Positions 17,344 to 26,076 of a stretch of 52,799 nucleotides of DNA are shown here, piece after piece. A model generated the notes under the pieces. The model saw only the letters and a program-made list of their open reading frames with translations. It made no database searches and was not told the DNA's origin. Position numbers and translations under genes: made by a program. Within the stretch, counting starts at the first letter, position 1, and the number at the start of each line of letters is the position of its first letter. Origin of the DNA: Patescibacteria group bacterium (GTDB lineage: Bacteria > Patescibacteriota > Minisyncoccia > 2-02-FULL-40-12 > IGHO2-01-FULL-4-A). The stretch is from contig JBBTSB010000011.1 of assembly GCA_038064915.1 (NCBI GenBank), forward strand, positions 1-52,799, given 5' to 3'.

Positions 17344-19020
17344 GTGCAGGTACAGAACAACCCAACTATTCTTTTGGTTGAGTCCAATTTGTTTATTGGA
17401 GGGATTTTGTCGCAAAAATTACGCAAGCAAAACTACCATGTTCTATCTACCAGCAATGGCAAGGAAGGTCTTCACATTATCGTCGATCAACGGCCTTCCG
17501 TTGTTTTTCTTGATCTTCCCATTGGTCAGATAAAAGTATTTCTCGGCGTTCTTCGATTGATCCACCGAGATCACCAGGCAATATTTCCCCCGATCATCGT
17601 CCTGTCTGAAGTGGAAACGGGAGAAGCGATTACCGAGATATCACAACTTGGTGTACGGGCATACCTGGTCAAGGCATACACCGACATCAACGAAATGATT
17701 GCCAAAATCAAAGAGGTGCTCGCCACCAGCAGTGTTGTAGACGGTTCACCGGAACGCCAGGCCCGCCCGATTCTCGAACCCGTCATCAGTGAACAGAAAC
17801 GCATTAAAGCTGAAATTGAAAAATCGCTCGTTTCCACTGATGAGGAACTTCCCATCGTGCCAATTGTAGACAACCTTGTTTCGTATGCATACTTAGCCCG
17901 GGCGTCGGATATTCACGTAAAGCCCGAAGGGGAACGCGTTGCCATTCGTCTCCGCATCGACGGCCTTCTGCAGGACACGTTTTCGTTCCCCAAAACGATT
18001 CAATCCGAAGTCATTACGCGCATCAAAGTGCTCGCGGGAATGCGCACGGATGAACACCAGTCCGCCCAAGATGGTCGGTTCAAAACAAATATCAAGTCAC
18101 TCCCCCGACAATTTGATATCCGCGTATCGGTCGTACCCACCTACTATGGGGAAAACGCAGTTCTTCGTCTGCTTGTTGAACAGGCGGAAATCAAATCACT
18201 CGAAGATTTGACGTTTTCAGACAATGACCGAAAAAAAATCATGCATGCCATTGAGCGACCAAACGGTATGATTTTGGCAACCGGACCTACGGGATCCGGA
18301 AAGACGACGACGTTGTATACCATCCTCCGCAAACTCAATACTCCTGACGTCTCCATTATCACGATCGAAGATCCTATAGAGTACTCTCTTCTGGGTATCA
18401 ACCAAATTCAGGTCAATGCTGATACCGGTCTCACCTTTGCCGATGGTCTGCGCTCCATTTTACGTCAAGATCCTGATATAATCATGGTAGGGGAAATCCG
18501 AGACAAAGAAACAGCTGCAATAGCGGTCAATGCCGCATTGACGGGACACTTGCTTCTGTCCACACTGCATACCAATGATGCGGCAACTACCCTGCCTCGC
18601 TTGCTGGATATGGGCGTTGAACCATTCCTGATCGCCTCGACCGTAAACATCGCGATCGGACAGAGGTTGGTACGTATGGTGTGCAAGGATTGCAAGGAAA
18701 AAAAGAAGATCACCGACCCAGAATTCAAACGCCTTGCTGAATTTATCCCGGCCAAGGTCCTGGGAAAGCATAGAGATTTTTTTCATGGCAAGGGATGTGC
18801 GCTATGCGGAGATACCGGATATGCCGGACGCATCAGTATTTATGAAATGCTCGAGGTTGATGATGATATTCGACAAGCTATTATGAAACGAGCAAATGGA
18901 AGCGAAATAAAAAAGATTGCCGTTGGAAAGGGCATGACCACACTGCTTGAGGATGGATTTAGGAAAGCTATCGAGGGATTAACGACCATTGAAGAAATCC
19001 TTCGTGTTGTCCAGGAATAA
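17344..19020 (+). CDS. pilB: Receiver domain fused to a PilB/GspE-family pilus assembly ATPase
   Basis: N-terminal REC-like domain (ILLVE...VFLD...YLVK); ASDIH, GPTGSGKTT, IEDPIEY, LRQDPD, GEIRD, TLHTND; CxxC...CxxC. Confidence 0.88.
   Translation: MQVQNNPTILLVESNLFIGGILSQKLRKQNYHVLSTSNGKEGLHIIVDQRPSVVFLDLPIGQIKVFLGVLRLIHRDHQAIFPPIIVLSEVETGEAITEISQLGVRAYLVKAYTDINEMIAKIKEVLATSSVVDGSPERQARPILEPVISEQKRIKAEIEKSLVSTDEELPIVPIVDNLVSYAYLARASDIHVKPEGERVAIRLRIDGLLQDTFSFPKTIQSEVITRIKVLAGMRTDEHQSAQDGRFKTNIKSLPRQFDIRVSVVPTYYGENAVLRLLVEQAEIKSLEDLTFSDNDRKKIMHAIERPNGMILATGPTGSGKTTTLYTILRKLNTPDVSIITIEDPIEYSLLGINQIQVNADTGLTFADGLRSILRQDPDIIMVGEIRDKETAAIAVNAALTGHLLLSTLHTNDAATTLPRLLDMGVEPFLIASTVNIAIGQRLVRMVCKDCKEKKKITDPEFKRLAEFIPAKVLGKHRDFFHGKGCALCGDTGYAGRISIYEMLEVDDDIRQAIMKRANGSEIKKIAVGKGMTTLLEDGFRKAIEGLTTIEEILRVVQE
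18394..18674 (+). repeat. 281-bp exact direct repeat shared with 19877-20157
   Basis: Base-by-base identity at offset 1483; a second 45-bp identical patch at 18277-18321 / 19760-19804. Confidence 0.92.
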
Positions 19021-19021
19021 T

Positions 19022-20503
19022 ATGAACAATACTCCACAAAACGACCCAGCTGACGCACTGCGCACCGTTGCGCAGGAACTGGATGAAATAGCAAAAAAGT
19101 TGTCCACCGAACTCGAGCCCGAACCTGTGGCTGAACCTACGCCTGAACCCGCACCTGAACCCAAGCCTGAACCGGTACCCGACCAGATTCCAGCGCCGCG
19201 AGCGCCTCAAGAACCGCCAACCGCTCACGTGCATGACACGGGCAATGCTAACGCTATCAATCCCCTTATCAGCAGAGCGGAGCGTATTCGTGTGGAAATT
19301 GATGCCGCGCGTAGACTTCCCCTCGAGCAGGTTCCTGTTATCGAGTTAGTTGACAACCTTATTGCATACGCATATTTTCTCAGCGCTTCCGATATCCATT
19401 TTGACCCCGACGAAACGAAGCTCATCGTGCGTATTCGTGTGGATGGAATCCAACATGATGTATTCGAGCTCCCGAAGAATCTACAACCGACGATCATCAG
19501 TCGCATCAAGGTACTCTCGAGTATGCGTACCGACGAACATCAATCAGCACAAGATGGCCGCTTTAAGACAAGCATCCCTGATATGCCCCAGCAATTCGAT
19601 ATCCGCGTATCAGTTGTACCCACCTATTACGGTGAAGATGCTGTGGCCCGCTTACTCGTGGAGCATACGCCCATTACCTCGCTGGATGATTTAAATTTTT
19701 CCGATTCTGACAAGGCAAAAGTCGAGCGCGCAATTCAAAAACCCAACGGTATGATCCTAGCAACCGGACCTACGGGATCCGGAAAGACGACGACGTTGTA
19801 TACCGTTTTACTTACCCTCAAAACTCCGGATGTTTCAATTATTACCATCGAGGATCCCGTTGAGTACTCAATCCATGGTATCAACCAAATTCAGGTCAAT
19901 GCTGATACCGGTCTCACCTTTGCCGATGGTCTGCGCTCCATTTTACGTCAAGATCCTGATATAATCATGGTAGGGGAAATCCGAGACAAAGAAACAGCTG
20001 CAATAGCGGTCAATGCCGCATTGACGGGACACTTGCTTCTGTCCACACTGCATACCAATGATGCGGCAACTACCCTGCCTCGCTTGCTGGATATGGGCGT
20101 TGAACCATTCCTGATCGCCTCGACCGTAAACATCGCGATCGGACAGAGGTTGGTACGCAAACTTTGCCAAACATGCAAAGTTCCCCGTTCGATCACGGAA
20201 GCCGAATTTGCAAGACTTTCGACGGTTCTGCCCGATCACCTTGTTGCCAAAGACTCACAGTTTTTTGCCAGCAAGGGTTGCGCAGAGTGCGGCAATACAG
20301 GGTTTGCAAGCCGTGTTGCCATTCATGAGGTACTTGAAATGAACGACGAAATTCGAGACGCAGTAATGAAACGCATCAATGCATCCGAAATCAGAAAACT
20401 TGCTATGAGCAAGGGTATGACCACGATGCTTGAAGATGGTTTTCAAAAAGTCCTGCTAGGTCTCACGACCATAGAGGAAGTATTGCGTGTGGTACAAGAA
20501 TAG
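19022..20503 (+). CDS. pilB: Second PilB/GspE-family ATPase with Pro/Glu-rich N-terminal linker
   Basis: Same Walker A/B, Asp and His boxes and tetra-Cys motif; EPEPVAEPTPEPAPEP linker. Confidence 0.88.
   Translation: MNNTPQNDPADALRTVAQELDEIAKKLSTELEPEPVAEPTPEPAPEPKPEPVPDQIPAPRAPQEPPTAHVHDTGNANAINPLISRAERIRVEIDAARRLPLEQVPVIELVDNLIAYAYFLSASDIHFDPDETKLIVRIRVDGIQHDVFELPKNLQPTIISRIKVLSSMRTDEHQSAQDGRFKTSIPDMPQQFDIRVSVVPTYYGEDAVARLLVEHTPITSLDDLNFSDSDKAKVERAIQKPNGMILATGPTGSGKTTTLYTVLLTLKTPDVSIITIEDPVEYSIHGINQIQVNADTGLTFADGLRSILRQDPDIIMVGEIRDKETAAIAVNAALTGHLLLSTLHTNDAATTLPRLLDMGVEPFLIASTVNIAIGQRLVRKLCQTCKVPRSITEAEFARLSTVLPDHLVAKDSQFFASKGCAECGNTGFASRVAIHEVLEMNDEIRDAVMKRINASEIRKLAMSKGMTTMLEDGFQKVLLGLTTIEEVLRVVQE
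19877..20157 (+). repeat. Second copy of the 281-bp exact repeat
   Basis: Identical to 18394-18674. Confidence 0.92.
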
Positions 20504-20504
20504 T

Positions 20505-21569
20505 ATGGCAAATCCCTTCTACTACATTTCAATGAAGGAAAAAATGTTTTTCGCCAGGCATCTGGCGATCATGTCGCGTTCGGGAATGCAGATTTTGGAT
20601 ATCCTTCGTACTCTGCAAAAACAAGCGAAGTCAAAAACATTCAAAAAAATCATTGCTGGTCTCATCGACGATGTTGGAAATGGACAGTTCCTTGCCGATG
20701 GTCTAGCAAAACATCAAAAATTATTCGGTGAGTTTTTTATCAATATCGTACGTGTCGGTGAAATCAGCGGATCGCTCGCGGAAAACCTTGAATACCTCGC
20801 AGACTCTCTGAAAAAGAAGCGTGAACTGGAGGCCAAGGTCAAAGGTGCGATGATGTATCCTGTCATTATTCTGTTCGCTACGTTCGGAATTACTGGAGCG
20901 CTTATGTTTTTTATATTTCCCAAGATTTTACCGATCTTCAGATCGCTGAAGATTGAACTTCCGCTGATAACCAAGATTTTTATTACCGTTTCTACGTTCT
21001 TGATTGATAACGGACCCCTGGTGTTCCTGGGAGTCGTGATCTCGTGTATCGCCATGTGGTTTCTCCTCCGCATTCCTTCCATCCGCTATATCTGGCATCG
21101 TTTTATGCTTATGCTTCCCGTTGCCGGTACGATGGTGCAGAATTTTAATGTCATCGCATTCGTGCGTGCCCTGTCGCTTCTTATGAAAAGCGGAGTAAAA
21201 ATCGTCCAATCACTCGAGATTACGGCAAACTCATCAAACAATCTTGTCTATCGAAAAGTCCTCAAGGAAGTTTCCGTCGCGGTGGGGCAGGGTGATCCCA
21301 TTTCCAAGCATCTTGCATTACATCCACGCCTGTTTCCCGTGGTATTTTCCCAAATGATTGCCGTGGGAGAAGATACTGGCCGACTTACCGATACGGGCCT
21401 TTACTTGGCTGATTACTTTGAAGGAGAGCTGGATAACTCAACAAAAACGCTCTCCAGTGTTCTTGAACCGTTACTGTTGGTTATTATGGGATTTGTCGTT
21501 TGCTTCATCGCGCTTGCCATTATCCTTCCTATCTATGAAGTTTCACAACATATCGGTCCTCAAAAATGA
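20505..21569 (+). CDS. pilC: Type IV pilus/T2SS inner-membrane platform protein (PilC/GspF)
   Basis: FARHLAIM..SG, GEISGSL, AMMYP, GEDTGRL and LEPLL motifs. Confidence 0.9.
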   Translation: MANPFYYISMKEKMFFARHLAIMSRSGMQILDILRTLQKQAKSKTFKKIIAGLIDDVGNGQFLADGLAKHQKLFGEFFINIVRVGEISGSLAENLEYLADSLKKKRELEAKVKGAMMYPVIILFATFGITGALMFFIFPKILPIFRSLKIELPLITKIFITVSTFLIDNGPLVFLGVVISCIAMWFLLRIPSIRYIWHRFMLMLPVAGTMVQNFNVIAFVRALSLLMKSGVKIVQSLEITANSSNNLVYRKVLKEVSVAVGQGDPISKHLALHPRLFPVVFSQMIAVGEDTGRLTDTGLYLADYFEGELDNSTKTLSSVLEPLLLVIMGFVVCFIALAIILPIYEVSQHIGPQK

Positions 21570-22008
21570 TCACACGAAGCAACGGCGAGGTTTTACCTTA
21601 ATTGAGGTATTGATCAGTCTTAGTATTCTTACGATACTGCTCGGATTAAGCGTTCCATTTGTTCTGAACTTTTACGAACGATACCAAATTGATTCGGAAC
21701 GTGCAAAATTTGTATCCCTCTTGCGACAGGCCCGTACCATGTCGCTTGGCGGTGAGGGTAGCGCTGATCATGGCATGTACATTTCTGGCACGCAGTTTAC
21801 GGTCTATGAGGGGGCAAATTATGCAACAAGGAATACGGCAAAAGATCAGACATCTGAGCGTGAAACCAATGTAGACATTACTGGACCTACCGAGGCAACG
21901 TTTGCCTATTTGACGGGAACCACCGCTTCTCAAAGCTTTATCCTCGATAACCGAGTCAAACAAAACACCATACATGTTAACACCGAAGGAACAATCGACT
22001 GGCAATAG
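21535..22008 (+). CDS. Type IV pilin-like protein (FimT/GspH-like)
   Basis: RRG-FTLIEVLI prepilin site followed by a hydrophobic helix. Confidence 0.85.
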   Translation: MKFHNISVLKNDHTKQRRGFTLIEVLISLSILTILLGLSVPFVLNFYERYQIDSERAKFVSLLRQARTMSLGGEGSADHGMYISGTQFTVYEGANYATRNTAKDQTSERETNVDITGPTEATFAYLTGTTASQSFILDNRVKQNTIHVNTEGTIDWQ

Positions 22009-23413
22009 CCCTGAGCAGAATCGAAGGGGCAGTAGCCTCGTTGAGATACTGATAGCATTGGCTATTTTTTCGCTGACCATCAGCGCGGCGATGATGATAT
22101 TTTTTGGCGGTCAAAATTTTGTTGCGGGATCTCTGGAATCGCGCGAAGGTATTCAAAAAGCTCATGACGGTATGGAAGCTCTGCGATTCATCCGTGACAA
22201 TTGGTGGGTTAGCTTGACGGACGGAATTCATGGACTGGAATTTAAACCCGATGAAACGTGGGGACTTACCGCATCTCCTGATGAAAGTGATGGGTTTACC
22301 CGCACGGTTTCTATCAGTACGGACAGCTTGAACATTAAACACGTGGATCTTACGGTGAGCTGGGATCACCCCCCGGAAGGTTCAAAAACCATTGAACTAT
22401 CACAAACCCTGGCGGCACCAAATCAAGGGCTTATTGGAAACTGGAGTCAACCTTGCGCAATTGGTTCGGCAAACGGTTCTTCAGGATCGAAAGGTACAGA
22501 TGTGGCGTATGGAAATGGAATGGCCTTCGTGAGCAGTTCTGCGGCGGCCGTAGGAAAGGAAGATCTCTTCATTTTCGATGTGTCCAATCCGGCAATTCCC
22601 ACTCAGATCGGATCTTTGAACGTAGAGCAGGGATGGAAAGCTCTTGCCTACGGTGGAAACTATGTTTATGGCATCGAGGAAAATAGCCCGGACTTTTTTG
22701 TCATTGATGTAAGCACACCCAGCAATCCGACAGAGGTAGGAAAACTTACGCTAAATGGCGGACTTGGGCGCTATGTCATGACTCGGGGAAACTACGTATA
22801 TGCAACGACGGCAACAAAGGCCGGCGGGCCCGAGTTTTTTATCATTGATATAAGTATCCCTTCAAGTCCCCGGGTAGTATCGAGTTTGGAGATTAATGCG
22901 GACGTAAATGAAGTCAGTACCTTACTCGATGTAGCCTACATCGCCACCTCGGATAACAACGAAGAATTGATTGCCATAGACGTTTCCGATCCTGCCGATC
23001 CCCAGGAACTGGGAAGCTACAATGCCCCTGGCAACACCGATGGAAGATCGGTGCATGCAAAAACGGCAAAACGTATCTACTTGGGTCGGAGCTATTCCAC
23101 CAGTGATCATGAATTCTTTATCCTGGACGCAACCGCGTTTCCTATCACTCGTCGTGGTTCGACTGATATTTCCGGCGGCGTGTTTAGCCTGATCACAGCC
23201 GGAACATTGAGCTTTTTGGGAACAGACAAAAGTAACGAAGAGTTTCAGAACTTCAATATTAAAAATCCCCTTTTGATCACACAGGTCTCATCGCTCGATC
23301 TTTCCAACCTTGGCACCGGTGCTGATTACTATGACAACATTGTGTACATGTCGGTAAACAATGTGGATATTTTAAAACTGATTTCAACTACCGCCTTTGG
23401 CTTCTGTGTATAA
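21974..23413 (+). CDS. Large pilin-like protein with LVIVD-repeat beta-propeller
   Basis: RRG-SSLVEILIA N-terminus; repeated FIFDVSNP, FVIDVSTP, FIIDISIP and IAIDVSDP. Confidence 0.8.
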   Translation: MLTPKEQSTGNSPEQNRRGSSLVEILIALAIFSLTISAAMMIFFGGQNFVAGSLESREGIQKAHDGMEALRFIRDNWWVSLTDGIHGLEFKPDETWGLTASPDESDGFTRTVSISTDSLNIKHVDLTVSWDHPPEGSKTIELSQTLAAPNQGLIGNWSQPCAIGSANGSSGSKGTDVAYGNGMAFVSSSAAAVGKEDLFIFDVSNPAIPTQIGSLNVEQGWKALAYGGNYVYGIEENSPDFFVIDVSTPSNPTEVGKLTLNGGLGRYVMTRGNYVYATTATKAGGPEFFIIDISIPSSPRVVSSLEINADVNEVSTLLDVAYIATSDNNEELIAIDVSDPADPQELGSYNAPGNTDGRSVHAKTAKRIYLGRSYSTSDHEFFILDATAFPITRRGSTDISGGVFSLITAGTLSFLGTDKSNEEFQNFNIKNPLLITQVSSLDLSNLGTGADYYDNIVYMSVNNVDILKLISTTAFGFCV

Positions 23414-23921
23414 CAACAACCGGGTTTCCTCCAATAACCAGGCAGGATTCACTCTCATCGAGATGCTCATCTATGCGATCATTTTTGTTATTTTCGTTGG
23501 TGGCATCGTCATGTCCTCATTCTCTCTTTTGAGTTCATCACAGCGAACAAACTCCCAAATCGAAGTCGCCGATAACGCTCGCTTTCTCACCCAGAAGATG
23601 CAGCGAATTATTCAGGGAGCAACGGTAATCAACAGCCCTACGGTAGGAAATAGCGCCGCAACACTGTCCGTCAATACGGCGGATACTTCCTCAAATCCTT
23701 TTGTGATTGACCTGTCCAACGGTGTGGTCCGCCTCAAGAGGGGTTCGGGAGCCCCTCTTGCCCTTACGAATAGTTTTGTTACTGTAACCAGCTTGAGTTT
23801 CAAAAATTATTCCTATTCTACGATCACCAAAAACACCATCCGGATTCAGGCGAACGTCATTAGCGTTGAGCCGAATCAACCAGCTTCCACGTCGATTGAC
23901 GTTTTTATATCGGCCCAATGA
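23397..23921 (+). CDS. Type IV pilin-like protein (PilW/GspJ-like)
   Basis: AG-FTLIEMLIY prepilin motif. Confidence 0.85.
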   Translation: MASVYNNNRVSSNNQAGFTLIEMLIYAIIFVIFVGGIVMSSFSLLSSSQRTNSQIEVADNARFLTQKMQRIIQGATVINSPTVGNSAATLSVNTADTSSNPFVIDLSNGVVRLKRGSGAPLALTNSFVTVTSLSFKNYSYSTITKNTIRIQANVISVEPNQPASTSIDVFISAQ

Positions 23922-24301
23922 CACATTTCAAACAACAAAAGGGATTCATTGTACTTACCACGGTTATCATTTTGAGTGTAGTGCTCCTGCTTTTGGCGCA
24001 ATCGTTGAGTTCGTCAGGATATTTCGAGCGCCAAGGAATGCTGCAATTTGAGTTCAAGGAGTTGTCGTATTTTGTGGCGCTTTCTTGCATGGATCGTGCG
24101 ATCGCAAACCTGTTTCAGGATTTTGAGTACGGCGGAGATGAAACATTCGTTGTCGATGCATATTCGTGTTATGTGTACCCTATGACATACTCGGGAGCTG
24201 ATACTATCGTCCAAACTTCAGCGACCGTGGAATCCAGCACGACAAAACTCAAATCAATCCTCGATGCCGATTTCAATATTACTTCTTTTCAAGAACAATA
24301 A
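23918..24301 (+). CDS. Minor pilin, PilX/GspK-like
   Basis: KG-FIVLTTVIIL prepilin motif lacking Glu5. Confidence 0.7.
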   Translation: MTHFKQQKGFIVLTTVIILSVVLLLLAQSLSSSGYFERQGMLQFEFKELSYFVALSCMDRAIANLFQDFEYGGDETFVVDAYSCYVYPMTYSGADTIVQTSATVESSTTKLKSILDADFNITSFQEQ

Positions 24302-24303
24302 TC

Positions 24304-26076
24304 ATGACCGATGCAACGACAAGCGACAGCGACATCCTCTATATCGGCAAGTCAAACTTTCGCGGATCAAGCCGGGTTTTTGGCATCAAAAATAAAGACC
24401 GGTTTCAGCACATGTATGTCATCGGCCAAACGGGCACCGGAAAAACGTCACTCTTGCGTAATCTTGCGATCCAAGATATTGAGGCCGGGCGTGGCGTCGC
24501 CGTAGTAGACCCACACGGCGAATTTGTCCAAAGCCTCTTGGCTGCGATTCCGGAACAGCGTCTCGACGATGTCATTTACTTCAATCCGATCGACACGGAT
24601 TACCCGGTTGGTTTCAATATCCTCGAGGTAAAAAATCCCGACCACAAGCATCTGGTATCTTCGGGGCTCATGTCCATTTTCACCAAAATCTGGGCAAATG
24701 TGTGGTCTGCCCGCATGGAGTACATTCTCAACAACACGGTACTTGCGCTCCTGGATACCCCGGGCACAACGCTGTTGGGCATTCCCCGCATGCTCGTGGA
24801 CAAAATTTACCGCCAATCCATCATCGACAAATGCAAGGATCCCGTCGTGCGCTCGTACTGGATCAATGAATACGAACAGTACCAGGAACGCTTCCGCACG
24901 GAAGCCATCGCCCCGATCCAAAACAAAGTCGGGCAGTTTCTTTCGACGTACCTTGTCCGCAACGTGGTCGGCCAGCCCAAAAGCACCCTGAACATCGAAC
25001 AGATCATGAATGAAGGAAAGATTTTACTTGTTAATGTCTCCAAGGGGTTGATCGGCGAAGACAACTCTGCACTCTTGGGGGCCATGCTCATCACCAAAAT
25101 CCAGCTTGCCGCCATGGAACGTGTGCGTATCGAAAAAGAATCGGAACGGCGGGATTTTTTGCTCTACGTAGATGAGTTTCAAAACTTTGCTACTGACTCG
25201 TTTGCTTCGGTACTTTCCGAAGCACGCAAATATCGCCTCGGTTTGATTATCTCCCACCAGTACATAGGACAACTTGTCACCATGGGAGCCGGCGGAATCA
25301 GCACCAAAGTCCGTGATGCGATTTTTGGCAACGTCGGCACCATGATCACATTTCGTGTCGGCGCGACTGATGCGGAATTTCTCGAAGTACAGTTCGCGCC
25401 TGATCTGGTGGCGCAGGATTTTGTGAATATTCCCAACTACAATGTCTACATGCGTCTCATGGTGGATGGATTTTCGACGCGCGCATTCTCCGCAACGACT
25501 CTTCCCCCTATCGAGCTCAAAACCACGCCGGAACAAATTAAGTACATTATCAACAATTCTCGAAAAAACTACAGCCGCCCGCGCGCGCAAGTTGAGCAGG
25601 AAATTTCCGAGTGGAGTGGCATGTCCGGACCACGCGTTCAGCCGATGCCATCCCCCATTGCCAATATGCCCGCTCCGATGTCATTTCAGTCCGGAACGCG
25701 AAGAGAAGAATACGCCGAAGGCGAAGAGGAAATCGTAAAAGTCGCGCCACCTCCGGTTGCCTATATCAAGCCCAAGTACGAAACCAACCTTCACGACATT
25801 GGTATCGATATCGGAGAAATGCAGATGCCAAAAGAAGTCATGCGCGAAGTGCCACCTGAAGTATCCTTGGGTGCCCTTGAGCGAAGCGGTCCGGATGGCC
25901 CGTCGGGTGCTCGCCGCAAACGGAAACGCAAACGCAAGCACGGCCCAGGTTTTGATCAAGGCGGCTTGCGCGAAGCTTTGGGAAGTGCAATGAACCCACA
26001 AGCGCCCGCCACCGCTGAAAGCTCCGGCGTGGCGAAAGAGGAAGAATACGACGAAGAGCCCGACCGCCACTCCTAG
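24304..26076 (+). CDS. TraD/VirD4/HerA-like P-loop ATPase
   Basis: HMYVIGQTGTGKT, VDPHGE, YVDEFQNF, SEARKY and AIFGNVGT; disordered C-terminal tail. Confidence 0.88.
   Translation: MTDATTSDSDILYIGKSNFRGSSRVFGIKNKDRFQHMYVIGQTGTGKTSLLRNLAIQDIEAGRGVAVVDPHGEFVQSLLAAIPEQRLDDVIYFNPIDTDYPVGFNILEVKNPDHKHLVSSGLMSIFTKIWANVWSARMEYILNNTVLALLDTPGTTLLGIPRMLVDKIYRQSIIDKCKDPVVRSYWINEYEQYQERFRTEAIAPIQNKVGQFLSTYLVRNVVGQPKSTLNIEQIMNEGKILLVNVSKGLIGEDNSALLGAMLITKIQLAAMERVRIEKESERRDFLLYVDEFQNFATDSFASVLSEARKYRLGLIISHQYIGQLVTMGAGGISTKVRDAIFGNVGTMITFRVGATDAEFLEVQFAPDLVAQDFVNIPNYNVYMRLMVDGFSTRAFSATTLPPIELKTTPEQIKYIINNSRKNYSRPRAQVEQEISEWSGMSGPRVQPMPSPIANMPAPMSFQSGTRREEYAEGEEEIVKVAPPPVAYIKPKYETNLHDIGIDIGEMQMPKEVMREVPPEVSLGALERSGPDGPSGARRKRKRKRKHGPGFDQGGLREALGSAMNPQAPATAESSGVAKEEEYDEEPDRHS

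Noticed and set aside
24304-26076. Conjugative element or ICE
   Set aside because: No relaxase, VirB4 or mating-pair genes nearby; the context is a chromosomal pilus operon.
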